DNA of 64,000 bases from positions 57,970,001 through 58,034,000 of the forward strand of contig OZ024745.1 in the NCBI GenBank assembly GCA_964016885.1. The letters run 5' to 3'. The DNA is from Eledone cirrhosa (Eukaryota). The translations under genes and the position numbers were made by a program. Below the pieces are notes generated by a model, which worked only from the letters and a program-made list of their open reading frames with translations, searched no databases and was not told the origin of the DNA. Below are positions 39,097-52,551 of the stretch, piece by piece. Position 1 is the first letter of the stretch; each line of letters opens with the position of its first letter.

Positions 39097-40056
39097 TATA
39101 ATGAAATGACAGGAGGCTGGATTTGTGTAAATCCTTGAAAGGTTTATTATACTATGATCATTTCAATGACCGGGTTCCGTATGAATCCGGTGATATCATC
39201 AGGTATTCAAAATATAATACGTGAATGTAATAGATAAAATCCATGGGGCTGAAAATCGAGGACCCGAGGGCGACCGCTATTCTGTTCCTTCAACCTCAGC
39301 CGGTCGCCCTGGAGTGACGTGGCTAAAGTTTATAGTATGCTACTGCCGGTCAGATAAACGAAAACAGAAAGGGATGGGAACATAAGTTAACGTCAATCTC
39401 ATGACACAAGGTAAAAGAAAGAAAGAAAGGAAGGAGAGAGAAGAAGGGGGAAGAAAGAAGAAGAGAAGCCAGGGTTAATGTCAGCTAAAAGAAGAAAGGC
39501 AACTACTACCGGTCAGATATAGGCAAGCAAGAGGGGGAAGGAAGATAAGTCTGCGGGAGGAAGACAGGAAGAGGGGAGAAGGGAAGGAAGAGAAGAGAGA
39601 AGTAGAAAAGTAAGGGTTGATGATTACAAGAAGGAAGATAGAAAGAAAGAGGAAGAAAGGTCGATATTAATGTCAGACCACACTCAGGCCAGGAGTGGCG
39701 CGAGAAAATGTTCACAGGGACCCGCATCTTAGCAGAGATGAATATATTGGGAGTCAGTGTGTTACAGTGTTTAGACTTCTAGGATGAAGTTTAAAAAATT
39801 AATAATCAATATTCAATATTAAAGAGGTTAGAAAATTTAAAGTTCAACAGTTTAACATTTTATTATATAATAGTTCCGAATTGTTCTGTAATTTAAAGGT
39901 ACTATGTGGCGGTTAAAACACCGGCCGCGCCCCGGGCCCCATGGCCGAATTAAGCTCGGCGTAGCTTAATTGATCATAGTATAATAAACCTTTGATCATA
40001 GTATAATAAAGCTTTCAAGGATTTACACAAATCCAGCCTCCTGTCATTTCATTATA
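39097..40056 (-). mobile_element. Penelope-like remnant with inverted terminal ~60-bp repeats and a hammerhead
   Basis: 39097-39160 is the reverse complement of ~39993-40056; hammerhead adjacent to the left repeat. Confidence 0.6.
39149..39206 (-). ncRNA. Minimal type I hammerhead ribozyme motif
   Basis: Minus strand ATAC-CTGATGA-(ACCGG..CCGGT stem)-GAAA-TGATCA-TA-GTAT-AATAAA. Confidence 0.72.
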
Positions 40057-40534
40057 TATATATAGAGAGAGAGACAGAGAGAGAGAGAGAGACAGAGAGA
40101 GAGAGAGACAGAGAGAAAGAGTGAGAGACAAACACATACACACCAGCGCACACATATAATTAAGTTTATATCCGCCTGCACTTCAATGTTTGCTTATACT
40201 GAAGGGAAACATAATAATAGCAAATTTTTCAAACAACGAATTCTCTCGCTACTATTTATTTCTGTACAGAAACAAACACACATGCGAGAACAAACCTAAC
40301 TCTACATAAACACAGTCCCGAAATACATTGACGGAAACATAAATGTATATGAATATAAATAAGTAATATAAATAATTATTTTACTTATTTAGATTCATAT
40401 ACATTTATGTATGAACATAAACAAATAATATAATAATATATCATCTCTCTTCCCGATTGCTTTTTCACACCTACATATATTCCTTACGCACTCCTATATA
40501 CATACACACACACACACATTCATATATTAATAAC

Positions 40535-40720
40535 TGTTTTTACTTTTGGCACAAGGCCAGCAATTACCCAGTGTATTATTGGTACTTTATTTTATCGACC
40601 CTGTAAGGATGAAAGGCAAAGTTAACCTCGGCGGGATTTGAACTCAGATCATAAAGGGCCGTAACTCTTTGCTGCAAATAATGGCGTCCGACCCTCTACC
40701 GATACTGTCAATCCACCACA
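40535..40720 (-). mobile_element. SINE-like interspersed repeat fragment
   Basis: TTTATCGACCC...AGGATGAAAGGCAAAGTTAACCTCGGCGGGATTTGAACTCAG includes a reverse B-box-like ATTTGAACTC; fainter copies near 1500-1570 and 5860-5900. Confidence 0.6.
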
Positions 40721-42405
40721 TTCATATATTAATAACATTGTTTAAATAGGTAGATATTCTTGCGCGTAGAGCAACTCGGTCTCCATTATGGAACTTGTAG
40801 TCACTTTACCGATCTCACTGATATTTGAACTCAGGGCATAAATGGATACAACTAAATGCAATATATCTGTTATTTAATTGTTCCTGTAATTGATAATATT
40901 GTTTAGACAAGGAGTTAAGGACGACATCCATTCGCATTTTGAATGTCCCCGAAAATAGGGAGACGTAAGACGGATAATATCCTGAAAAGAAAGAGTTCGA
41001 ATTCTTGCTGAAAATATGATCTCTGCTAAAAGTAAGCAAGTGCCAGCTGTCAGTGTTAACGACGTGAATGTATCGAACGCAAATAAATGTATTTTATGAG
41101 CTACGAAATTATTGAAAGTGTCGTTCCATATTTAAGGGGCTTAGTTGAGAACGTCTCATCTTAAACACCTTTTCCTCGACTGCAGTTTTAACAAAATTCT
41201 TTCGATTAATATGTTTAAATTTTTTTTTTAACCTTTACTGAAATTATGATTCTCGTTAAAGTTACATATGTGATTATGTTAGTTTGATTTGATGTGTAAT
41301 CAGGGAACTGCACTGATGTTGGGGAATATTCTTAATTAATCGAAAGCAGTACTTCACTCGTCTTTATTTTATTGGTCCTTAAACGATAAAAAACAATATT
41401 GGCTTCGACGGTATTTGAAAATGTCGAAAATAGTCTTTTCATTCCAGATAGGCACAGGACCAGAATTAAAGAACGAAAAGGTCTTTTGATTACACGAATC
41501 TGCACTTTACAGATGTACTGTACTTTACAGATGTATTGATATCGAAGAAGGTTATAATGCAAAGTAGAGATCTGATGAATTATAAAACGTACACAAATAT
41601 TAGAAACAAGAAATAATCAGTTGGTGTTGTCAGTTATTCCCCTTGTTTCACTGAAAGGTTTCCTCAGACAAAGATTTTTATTTAAGCTGAGAAACATTTA
41701 TAGAGAATCTAGGTGTATGGACTCAGTAATGACGTCCCGAATGAGTATTCGGAGACTGAAAAATTTGTCGCCAAAAATATATTAATGAAATTAGTTTCAA
41801 GCCAACCAAACATTGTAAAACTGGCTAATGATGCCTACAGTCATTCAAATCAGCCCATAATTGCATGTTCATTAAATCATACGAAATGAATGACTTAATT
41901 CGATCTATATATATTGATTATGTCTTTAATCCAAGTAATTTAATTATATATAATTATTTATTATTAATTACTTCGGTAAACTGAATAATATCTTATTTAA
42001 ACCTTTTCCATTTGCATTTAGCATTGCGAGTCAACATTTCCTGAACAGCAAATATAATCATTTCGGTTTAAATTTCTTTCTTAATAATAAGGATTCTATG
42101 ACGTAGTTTAGTAGTGGGGACAGCTTGCCAAATTAACTGTTCTTAATTTTCCTTAACTGGCTTTCCTTAATTGCGCATCTTTAGCCACTACTAAAAGGGA
42201 AAGTTCCGCGGTGTTTTAATTTAATAGAAACTGGAATTATATAATTGCTGGTGTTAAAACAGAGAGGGATATGTGGTTAAAATGTTCGCTACACAGTAAC
42301 GCCACTCCAGATTCTTTCAAAATAGAAATGAACGTCTTCAGTACTTATGGTTTGATCACGTCAGTGTGAGTGAAATTTAGTAGACCGTTACTCTGAAGAA
42401 TCCTG

Positions 42406-42690
<285 letters not shown>

Positions 42691-42711
42691 AGTTGAGATG
42701 GAGGGTCTGTG

Positions 42712-42762
<51 letters not shown>

Positions 42763-42910
42763 CACCGGCTTAATTTGGCTACCGCTAAGTATTTTTAGTT
42801 AATGAAAATCACAAGATCACATGAAAAAAATTCACTTCGCAAAATATTCTGGTATTCTCAACCAGCTTCTTTGTAGAAGAATTACAGAATTATGAATATC
42901 AATTCTCCTA

Positions 42911-42955
<45 letters not shown>

Positions 42956-43224
42956 AATATTTCCATGAAAATCACTCTGACTGACACACACACATTGATA
43001 ACACCCACAAACACACATTAGCAATGGAAGAGACACACGCTGTTTTTATTAAGGATTTATTTATAGACCCTTGGGTCTTGACTTTAAAATATCATTGATA
43101 GCGTTCCCTTATTTGGTATACCAATTTCCAATAATGTGGTAAATGTAACCATTCTACAATTAATTGAAACTACATCATGTATACAGATCAGTCTTCTGTA
43201 TAAAAAAACAAAGACCTCTCTTCG

Positions 43225-43538
43225 TTCAGGGATGCCCATGGGATTTGCAGCTAAAAAGTTTCTCCCTGAGGCACAAGTCCGGACAAGGTTGTTTGTGGAA
43301 GACCAGCAGTCGCCCATGCATACCAGCCTCCCCTCTTCACGCCACCGACAATGTCCAAGGGAAAGGCAATGGCCGATACAGCTTGACACCAGTGACGTCT
43401 AAACTCATTTCTACAGCTGAGTAATCTGGAGCAACTAAAGTGTCTTCCTCAAGGACACAGCGCATCGGTCCGAGAATCGAACTCACAACCTTCCGATTGC
43501 AAGTCCAATGCTCTAACCACTAAACGATTTGCCTTCAC
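43225..43538 (-). mobile_element. tRNA-derived SINE
   Basis: Minus strand GTGGTTAGAGCATTGGACTTGCAATC..GTGAGTTCGATTC (A/B boxes) then TGTGTCCTTGAG; same family as 44914-45240. Confidence 0.8.
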
Positions 43539-44292
43539 TTTGTATATTAGTCTAATATAATATCTTTCATTTCACGTTTCCACATATATTTGAGGATGTG
43601 TAAAATTATATATATGAAGGTAGGTTTCTTTGCTACAATATTGAAATTATGAAGAGGGGCAGAACCTTTAAATCGTCCTACTATTAAAACTATTGAAGTT
43701 GCGTTTTTGTACAGAAATTAACACCGCTGAGGGGATGAAAAGACAGACAATGGAGAGGGCACTAACTGTTTTCTTGGTTGTTATTCAGCCCACGTCAATT
43801 TGATCGAATAGATGATGTTCGAAGACATTCTAAACTACACATGCAGATATTATATAATATCATCAATAATAGGGAAATTTGATAGGAAAAAAAGCATATG
43901 ACCTGCTATAATGACTTGCAATTATCCGCATTCCCGAGAAAAGGGTATTCTCAGGCAAACGTACATTTGTTATATACTTATTTATAAGCGTGTATCCCAT
44001 GAAGAGACGAAAAGAATATATTAATATATTACAATGTGTGAGAATGGACAATCTTCGGTCGCAACCCTATTTTCAGGGGTGGCTGACAATAATCTGCTGC
44101 AAAGAAATTCCTCCGTGGGATTCTCTGCAGCGTTGGCAAGTAGATAAGCATATATATTCAAATAATCACACAACTATATTCATGCTACAATATGAGAATA
44201 CAATGACATAAAGGAGCAAGTCACCGATTATTCAGCAATCCCTGCAGGGGTTATACTATAAGAGATGAATAAATCAGGATTTTTCTATAGGT

Positions 44293-44392
44293 AGTTATAG
44301 ATAAAACAAAATAACTGCATGTGAAAGCCAAGATATATATATATATATATATCTTGGCTTTCACATGCAGGTGTTTCGTTTTATCTATAGCT
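44293..44392. repeat. Palindrome centred on (TA)n
   Basis: TATAGATAAAAC..CTGCATGTGAAAGCCAAGA(TA)nTCTTGGCTTTCACATGCAG..GTTTTATCTATA. Confidence 0.85.
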
Positions 44393-44460
44393 ACTATATA
44401 TATATACATATATATATGTATTATTCATATATATGTATCCAATTATATGTATATATATAC

Positions 44461-44505
<45 letters not shown>

Positions 44506-44913
44506 TATGCATGTATGTATGCGAGTATATTTCTGTGTGTAGATGTATGTGTGAGTGTGTGTCTGTATAATGGAATATCATAATACTGTGATGCTGAGAT
44601 ATTTTTCCCAACGAGACTTGCTTCTCGTACAATTTATGTCTATTTCTAAATGTCTCTGAAGATATATATGAGATGTCGAATATATGTGGTAAGTTTTGTT
44701 TTATGCTCAAATCCTAGTATATAGATTAAAAAAAAAGAATCTTCCATTAACCGTATTCTTTTCAATTCGTTCTGTGAAATGCACGGAAGACCTAATAAAA
44801 ATGTCATAAATTTTAATGAATTCCTGGATTTATTATTTAAATACTCTCATAAAATATCCTGGATTTGTTTATACAATATTTTAAGCCTTGACTTCAGATG
44901 GATTACGCCATCA

Positions 44914-45240
44914 GGGAGGGCACGTGATTTCGTGGTTAGAGCGTTGGATTCGCAATCGTAAGTTTGTGAGTTCAACCTCTGGAACAAGTGTTTCGTTGTG
45001 TCCTTGAGCAAGGCACTTTATTTCCCGCTGCTTCTGTTCACTTTGCTAGAAGAAATGAGTTGCAGCGTCACTGTTTCCAAGCTGTATTAGCCTTTGCCTT
45101 TCACTTAGACAAGTCCGATGGCGTTGTCAGAGAAGACTGGCATGGTCTTCCACAAAACAACCATGCCCTAACCGGGTTTGTGATCCTGAAGAGCGAATTT
45201 CTAGGTTCAAAACCCATGGTCATTCGTGACCTAACCCTTT
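44914..45240 (+). mobile_element. tRNA-derived SINE
   Basis: GTGGTTAGAGCGTTGGATTCGCAATC..GTGAGTTCAA head followed by TGTGTCCTTGAGCAAGGCACTTTATTTC body. Confidence 0.8.
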
Positions 45241-45974
45241 TTATGGATAACTATTCGTTTTTCGCGTTGGCTGTTAAACCACATTTAACATCTTCGCAAA
45301 ACTTACCCCTATTAAAACTTCGTATAATTTACCCCTATCGTGTCCTTTCTGAATAGTCAGAACTAGCTTACCTTCATTTCAGTGTCAGGTCACATGACAT
45401 TGAAGGTCGAGTTTACTACTGCAATGGCCGAGTTACATCGGAGTCGTTTGTTGATAGATGACTTGTTCAAGAGGGGTTAATTCCCCACTGGTCACGCAAC
45501 TTCGTAGCCAATTACCTAATGCTTAATGGCAGTACCTAATTTCTGTGCACGGTAATTTCATATGGACTGCCGCTATCAGTTGGAGTCGAAAAACTAATGC
45601 ATTGGTCCGAAGCCGGAAAATCAAATTTTCTACCCACATGAAATCGTATTTCTCATTGTGTAACGTATATGTGTGCATTTTACTTTACTTGGGTTGGTGT
45701 CTTAATGATACTGACTTAATTAAATTATTAAGAGAGTGGCAAAACGACTAACGGTGTGTCGGTCCTATTAGATAGCTTCGAATGAAACAGTTCTAGTCCT
45801 GTAGAAGCCATTTCTATATTAAATATTTATACTCTGCTATGTATTGAGTCCCTTACTGTGGTTACCTCCGATTGAACCCTGGATACATATGTCTCTCCCT
45901 CTCTCGCTCTCTCTCTCTATATATATATATATATATCTTTCTCTCTCTCTCTCACTCTCTCTCTCTCTCACTCA

Positions 45975-46083
<109 letters not shown>

Positions 46084-46125
46084 AAGATATTAATAAATGG
46101 AAACTATATTTATAAAATCATATTT

Positions 46126-46188
46126 ATTTTATTATATATATTTCAAGGGCGACCAAGCCCATCTTGGTGCGCTTTCATCAGATAAAAT
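46126..46188 (-). ncRNA. Minimal type I hammerhead motif (left arm)
   Basis: Minus strand ATTTTAT-CTGATGA-stem II-GAAA-TATATA-TA-ATAAAAT. Confidence 0.68.
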
Positions 46189-46197
46189 ACAAAATTT

Positions 46198-46260
46198 GTT
46201 TTATCTGATGAAAGCGCACCAAGGTTGGCTTGGTCGCCCTTGAAATATATATAATAAAAT
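46198..46260 (+). ncRNA. Minimal type I hammerhead motif (right arm)
   Basis: GTTTTAT-CTGATGA-AAGCGCACCAAG(GTTGG)CTTGGTCGCCCTT-GAAA-TATATA-TA-ATAAAAT. Confidence 0.68.
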
Positions 46261-46398
46261 AAATATGGTTTTATAAATATAGTTTCCATTTATTAATATC
46301 TTGGAATATTTACTCCAGTAAACTGTTGAGTGCTCTATATCAGTTATAAACATTTATGTTTGTCGGAATTCCAACAAATTAAATACAACTTCTACACA

Positions 46399-46536
<138 letters not shown>

Positions 46537-46564
46537 CATATCATATATATATATATATATATAT

Positions 46565-47227
46565 ATTAATATATGATAAACATTTACATGTTTTTGTTGC
46601 AACTGACAATAAATAGCTAGAATGAAATATCTTAATTCAAATACATATAGTCTGCCTGTACAGATCTAAAAAATAGTAAATCAATACTCACAAACACATA
46701 TGGGCAAAAGGCCTTGGTACCTAGACACGTTTAAATTTCAAAATACAAACTTTTTCACAGATCAGTCCGAACTTCAAAATTTAAACGTGTTTCACAAAGG
46801 ATGGTATAATAGTGAAATAATTAATTAATTAGTAGTGAGTTAATTAATTTTCTGTGTTTATCAATAGGTACCCAGATAAATTAAGTAACTTCACCTCGGA
46901 AAAATATCTAAGGTCTGGTTAACGTAGCGAAAATACACGAGGTTTTGCACACGACTTATTCCAATCCTCTAGCCTCCCACACTCGTGATAGAAATAACAG
47001 CCGTTTATATGGGATTACAAATTCAGCTCAACTGAGGGAGCAGTAATATAATATAACTTAGAGTTTACACTCAATGGGGTCATTTACAATTATTTTAGCT
47101 CTAAGAATCACTTCTGAGCAGTATAAATTAATATATGATAAACATTTACATGTTTTTGTTGCAATTGACAATAAATAGCTAGAATGAAATATCTTAATTC
47201 AAATACATATAGTCTGCCTGTACAGAT
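46565..47227. repeat. ~100-bp direct repeats flanking ~460 bp, embedded in (TA)n
   Basis: ATTAATATATGATAAACATTTAC...GTCTGCCTGTACAGAT at ~46565 and ~47127. Confidence 0.85.
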
Positions 47228-47248
47228 AATAACAGATATAACTTAATA

Positions 47249-47338
<90 letters not shown>

Positions 47339-49899
47339 GTAAAGTTTTTTTAGAAAATGAAAAATAACCGAGGTGTTCTACACGAGTGAAAGTATAAAGA
47401 AAAATAGATGAACTCGAAAATGCAACTGGAGTCTTATTTAAAACAAAAATATATATATATTTTTTATAAAAAATATATATATTTATTTGGTTCCAAATTT
47501 GGAACGAAATAAAAATATATACCGTCTTAAATTACATATATCTATATTTATACGCGTATCATCTGTGTCATCACTGACATTTGTTGAAATGGAATATAAT
47601 AGAGCTAAACAACAGAGTGCAGCACAGTGACAAGTCTAGTTCTCCACCCAATCAAATATTAAACGTTAAGACTGTTATCCGAAGCTTGGGTAGGAATTAA
47701 TAGGGGAGCTTGCATCACAACGACAAATACAGCACACAAAATATCATGGGACGAGCGATAAAGGAAGTGTAGAAGAGGATTATACAAATGATAAAGGATT
47801 ATATAAGGGAGAAAAAGAAGTAGAAAAATTATTGCTGCACATGGAATTGACTCTTTGGCTGTAAATGCTAACTACTGCTCAACAAATCTATAATTGAAAA
47901 CTGTAAAAGGCAACGGGAGTGTTTGGGATATTTTCTTTTTCGTTTTAGAGAATTCTTCTCATAAAAGTCCCGGAAACATTTAACATGTGTAAATTAATAT
48001 GAATAATTAGCAAATGCTTTAAACAATCTTGTGTTCCTGGTAAACAAATATGAAAACAGAAGAAATTGAAATAATGATAAATGCCTAACCGTAACAAAAT
48101 AAATGAAAGTAATATAAATAATTAGAAATAGATATAACAAGAATCTTATGGGAACTAAGATCAAACATAATCTATATAATTAGAGGAAATTCGGAAATGA
48201 TTTAAAAAAACATGCAGACAAACGCCTAACAGAAACATCACAACTTACATACAGAATATCTTTCTATTAGGTATTGCACACTTTATTACGTAAAGTACTT
48301 TCGAAACAATAAACGTGTACAGACCATTTACACATATTCAATTCGTACAGACTTCCATGTGGTTATAAAATGAAAATATGACTACTGAAATATAAGAACA
48401 ACACAAATGAAATATAGATAATAGTAGCATTGTTCTTTTTCTTTTTGCGATTATTTCAAAATAATTGAATAATACATAATAATTACTTTACTAACGACAA
48501 TAGGAAACGTCAAAAGTACTTAATGTTTATCATTATCACGCAGCCCTTGCAATATTGATTAACGTATTTTATCGAAATGTTTCCAAATGAATTAATCAGA
48601 CGGTGTTTGCCTTTCGTTTACGTAGACATTGCAAATACACTTGTTAATCGTACAACAATTGTCTTCGTATTATGAGTTTGGATGAGGAAAGTAGCTCGAT
48701 TTAGACTGTGTTTGCATAACTGACCACTTAACCTAATCACTTAAGTGCATGATTGATATGCAAATATTTGATAAACATTTTGTCTGAAGTAGTGAATGTA
48801 GTTCAAGTAGAATATGCTGCTTAGTAATAAAGCCCTATACGGATGTGTCTAAGTGGTCGGCCAGCCTGCTCGAAACAATAACTAGCTTTCACCTAATTCT
48901 TAGGTTACATTATTCAAAAGAGGGTGAAATTCCTGGAAAATGACGTGGTGCTATGAAATGACCAATACATCCACAAATTCCGGATGAACTGAAGTTAAAC
49001 AAACATTTAAATCGTTCTTATAACATCGACTATTGTGATTTCTGTATATATTTTTTATTATTTTGACATTTTGATTGTTTTACTTTAATATTCAAGAATG
49101 AATTTAAATAGCCTTGCAACATCAATGTCACATGGACAAAATTGGATCTCCTTAATGTTAACCTCCAAATATAAAGTCTTCAATACATCTACACTTATAA
49201 CAGCAGCATAACTATTGTTTAGGACATATATGGAGGAGTTGAAATAACAATAGAACCACGTCATTTGGTTCCCAAACAACGAATATTAAAGTAAAGTAGA
49301 AGTGCCAGGCTCGAAGATCAGGAATACACTCAATATAGGGTCAGTACTTGCTGGATTTGAGGTATCACAGCTTCACTATTATAGACATTGATTTAGAATG
49401 TTTAAGTCACAGAACGACAGGTGCCCCAGATTCAGAACCCGAGTATGATGGTTGGATATATATGAAGAAGGATGAGTAGGAGGAGGAAAAGAAGAAGAAA
49501 GACGATTCTATATCTGTTGACAACGTTTTGTTGCATCCTTTTTGTAATCAGTGTAAGTGTTACATAATCAATTAATTCTGTTAGGAGGATAGGTGGAATT
49601 TTTCTTCATTTCGAATTAGGAAGAGTAGGAAAGAAAATAGAAATATAAAGAATTCCCTTATCTTTTACTTCATTGTGAGATCATAATGGTAATCATCACC
49701 GCACTTACTCAACATGATCAACTATCGCAATCTTTTTGTCCTGCTGTTGATCCCACTTTTTCTCTTCTAATTCTTTTTCTCCATCCCCTAACCACCTTCC
49801 GGTAGCTTCAATTTAGTTTCACATCCAACTATTTCACATCCCTTCTATTCTCACTGTGATATTCCTCTCATTCTGACACATTCATCCCCACCACCGTTG

Positions 49900-50000
49900 C
49901 CTTCACCATCACTATCTTCCTCATCATCATCATCATCATCCACATCATCATCAACATCATCAACATCAACATCATCATCATCATTATCATCATCATCATT

Positions 50001-50057
<57 letters not shown>

Positions 50058-50249
50058 GCCATCATCATTATCATCATCATTATCATCATCATCATCATCA
50101 CCATCGTCATTATCATCATGATCATCATCATGATCATCATCGCCATCATCATTATCATCATCATTATCATCATCATCATCACCATCACCATCATCATTAT
50201 CATCATGATCATCTTCATCACCTCCACCATCATCAGCCGCATCTTCCAT

Positions 50250-50293
<44 letters not shown>

Positions 50294-50535
50294 TATTAAC
50301 ATCACCACCAACATCATCATTATCATCATCCTTCTTTGTTGTTTTTATTTACATATTTCCTTAATAGATTTTTGTTTCCTAATTCTGTGGTTAATTTAAT
50401 GTATTGTTTACTGAATGCCATCACACCGGCCCTCCTCCTTTTCACTCTCATCATCATCATGGGCATCATTACCATCATCATCACTTCATCATCTGCATAA
50501 TCATCATCCTCATCACCACCATCACCATCATCATA
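49900..50535. repeat. Degenerate (CAT)n microsatellite
   Basis: Directly visible; source of the poly-D/M/S/I/H ORFs. Confidence 0.95.
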
Positions 50536-50744
50536 TTTTTTTATTATCTCCCTCTCATGCCTACTCCACTTTTTCTCTTATATCTTACCTCTTACTTCCA
50601 CTCTTCACCGCAATCCTTATTCTACTCGTATCTCTGTGTTCTGCTCTGCATTGTTTTATACCCATATAGAACAAAGGAAATAAGGAAACAATAGATTCCA
50701 AGAAGGAATCAACAGAAAATAATCACATTAGCGTATAAAACAAA

Positions 50745-51681
50745 GTGCATATATACACACACGTACAGGCGCAAATTTACACTCTCACATATACAACGTT
50801 AAAATATATATACGCATCTGGAGGTGTAAACATACGCATACACTTTCACATATTCAACGTTAGAATATATATACACACACGTACATGCACAAACATACAC
50901 ATACGCTCTCACATAGTCAACGTTAAAATATATATACACACACGTACAGACACAAACATATACATACACTCTCAAATATTCAACGTTAAAAAATATATAC
51001 ACAAACGTACATGCACAAGCATATACATACACTCTCAAATATTCAACGTTAAAATATATATACATACACGTACAGACACAAACATATACATACACTGTCA
51101 AATATTCAACGTTAAAAAATATATACACACACGTACATGCACAAACATATACATACACTCTCAAATATTCAACGTTAAAAAATATATACACACACGTACA
51201 GACACAAACATATATACACTCTCAAATATTCAACGTTAAAAAATATATACACACACGTACATGCACAAACATATATATACACTCTCAAATATTCAACGTT
51301 AAAAAATATATACACACACGTACAGACACAAACATATATACACTCTCAAATATTCAACGTTAAAAAATATATACACACACGTACATGCACAAACATATAC
51401 ATACACTCTCAAATATTCAACGTTAAAATATATATACATACACGTACAGACACAAACATATACATACACTCTCAAATATTCAACGTTAAAAAACATATAC
51501 ACACACGGACATGCACAAACATATATATACACTCTCAAATATTGAATGTTAAAATATATATACATACACGTACAGACACAAACATATACATACACTCTCA
51601 AATATTCAACGTTAAAAAACATATACACACACGTACATGCACAAACATATATATACACTCTCAAATATTCAACGTTAAAAT
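50745..51681. repeat. ~61-63-bp minisatellite with alternating unit variants
   Basis: Unit CTCTCAAATATTCAACGTTAAAA..ATATACACACACGTACA(TG/GA)CACAAACATATACATACA, about 14-15 copies. Confidence 0.95.
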
Positions 51682-52551
51682 ATACTAGAAAGATAAAATG
51701 AATCAAAATCTGAACCAAAATCTTTGTTTTGATTTTATCTCTAACATTGCCTACTGATCTATCGATTGATTACAAACCGCTGTTTGATTAATCTAACTGT
51801 TTATTTATTACTGTCTTTAAGTCACATGGTCGGGATTGATGTGTAGCAACAGCAACAGTAGTAGTAGTAGTAGTGTTTTTGTATTGTTGTTCTTGGTGGG
51901 GTCAAGAAAGAGGTCAGCTCTGATCCAAGAGTTCTACGAGTAAAAATACATTGTATGCAGAATCTTTTCGCGGATATCAAAGAATACTTTCCCTTATATA
52001 TTTTTTTCTCTTTTATTCGAATGATGGGGGTGTATTGAAGAGAGATTGTTACTTCTAACTGCCTAAATAATTGTTTCTACGTACGGGGTGCTCAGTACAA
52101 CAAGTAATATTTGGAATTTTTGTTGTTGTCGTTATTGGTGATATGACGAATTTCCAATTAAAATATACAATTTTATACCTTTGTTATGTGATCAGTAGAG
52201 AGCTGTTCTGGAAAGTGTCAATAGTATCGTGGTATAGTTACTTTCCATTTATCCCTGAGTGTTTGTATATACGCGATAGAGTTAGGGATGAATAGATAGA
52301 TAGATAGATATATTTCTTTATTAGCCACAAGGGCAAACAAGAAGGGGACAAATACAAAGAGGGAAGTTTACATACAATAAAACGTGTAAAATGTTATCAC
52401 AAATGGAATTTAAAAAGTTAGTCGATTTTCCCCAATAGGGGGAGACAGTTTATATGGGTAACACATACCCCTGAAAAACAAATGTGCAACCCTCATCTCC
52501 AGGAGTACGAAGAGTTTGTACTCATTTCCTCTCCTCCTCCTTTTCTTCAAC

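Noticed and set aside
43440-44990. tRNA genes at the SINE heads
   Set aside because: Degenerate cloverleafs continuing into a shared SINE body
50745-51681. CRISPR-like regular repeat
   Set aside because: No unique spacers and no cas genes; eukaryotic minisatellite
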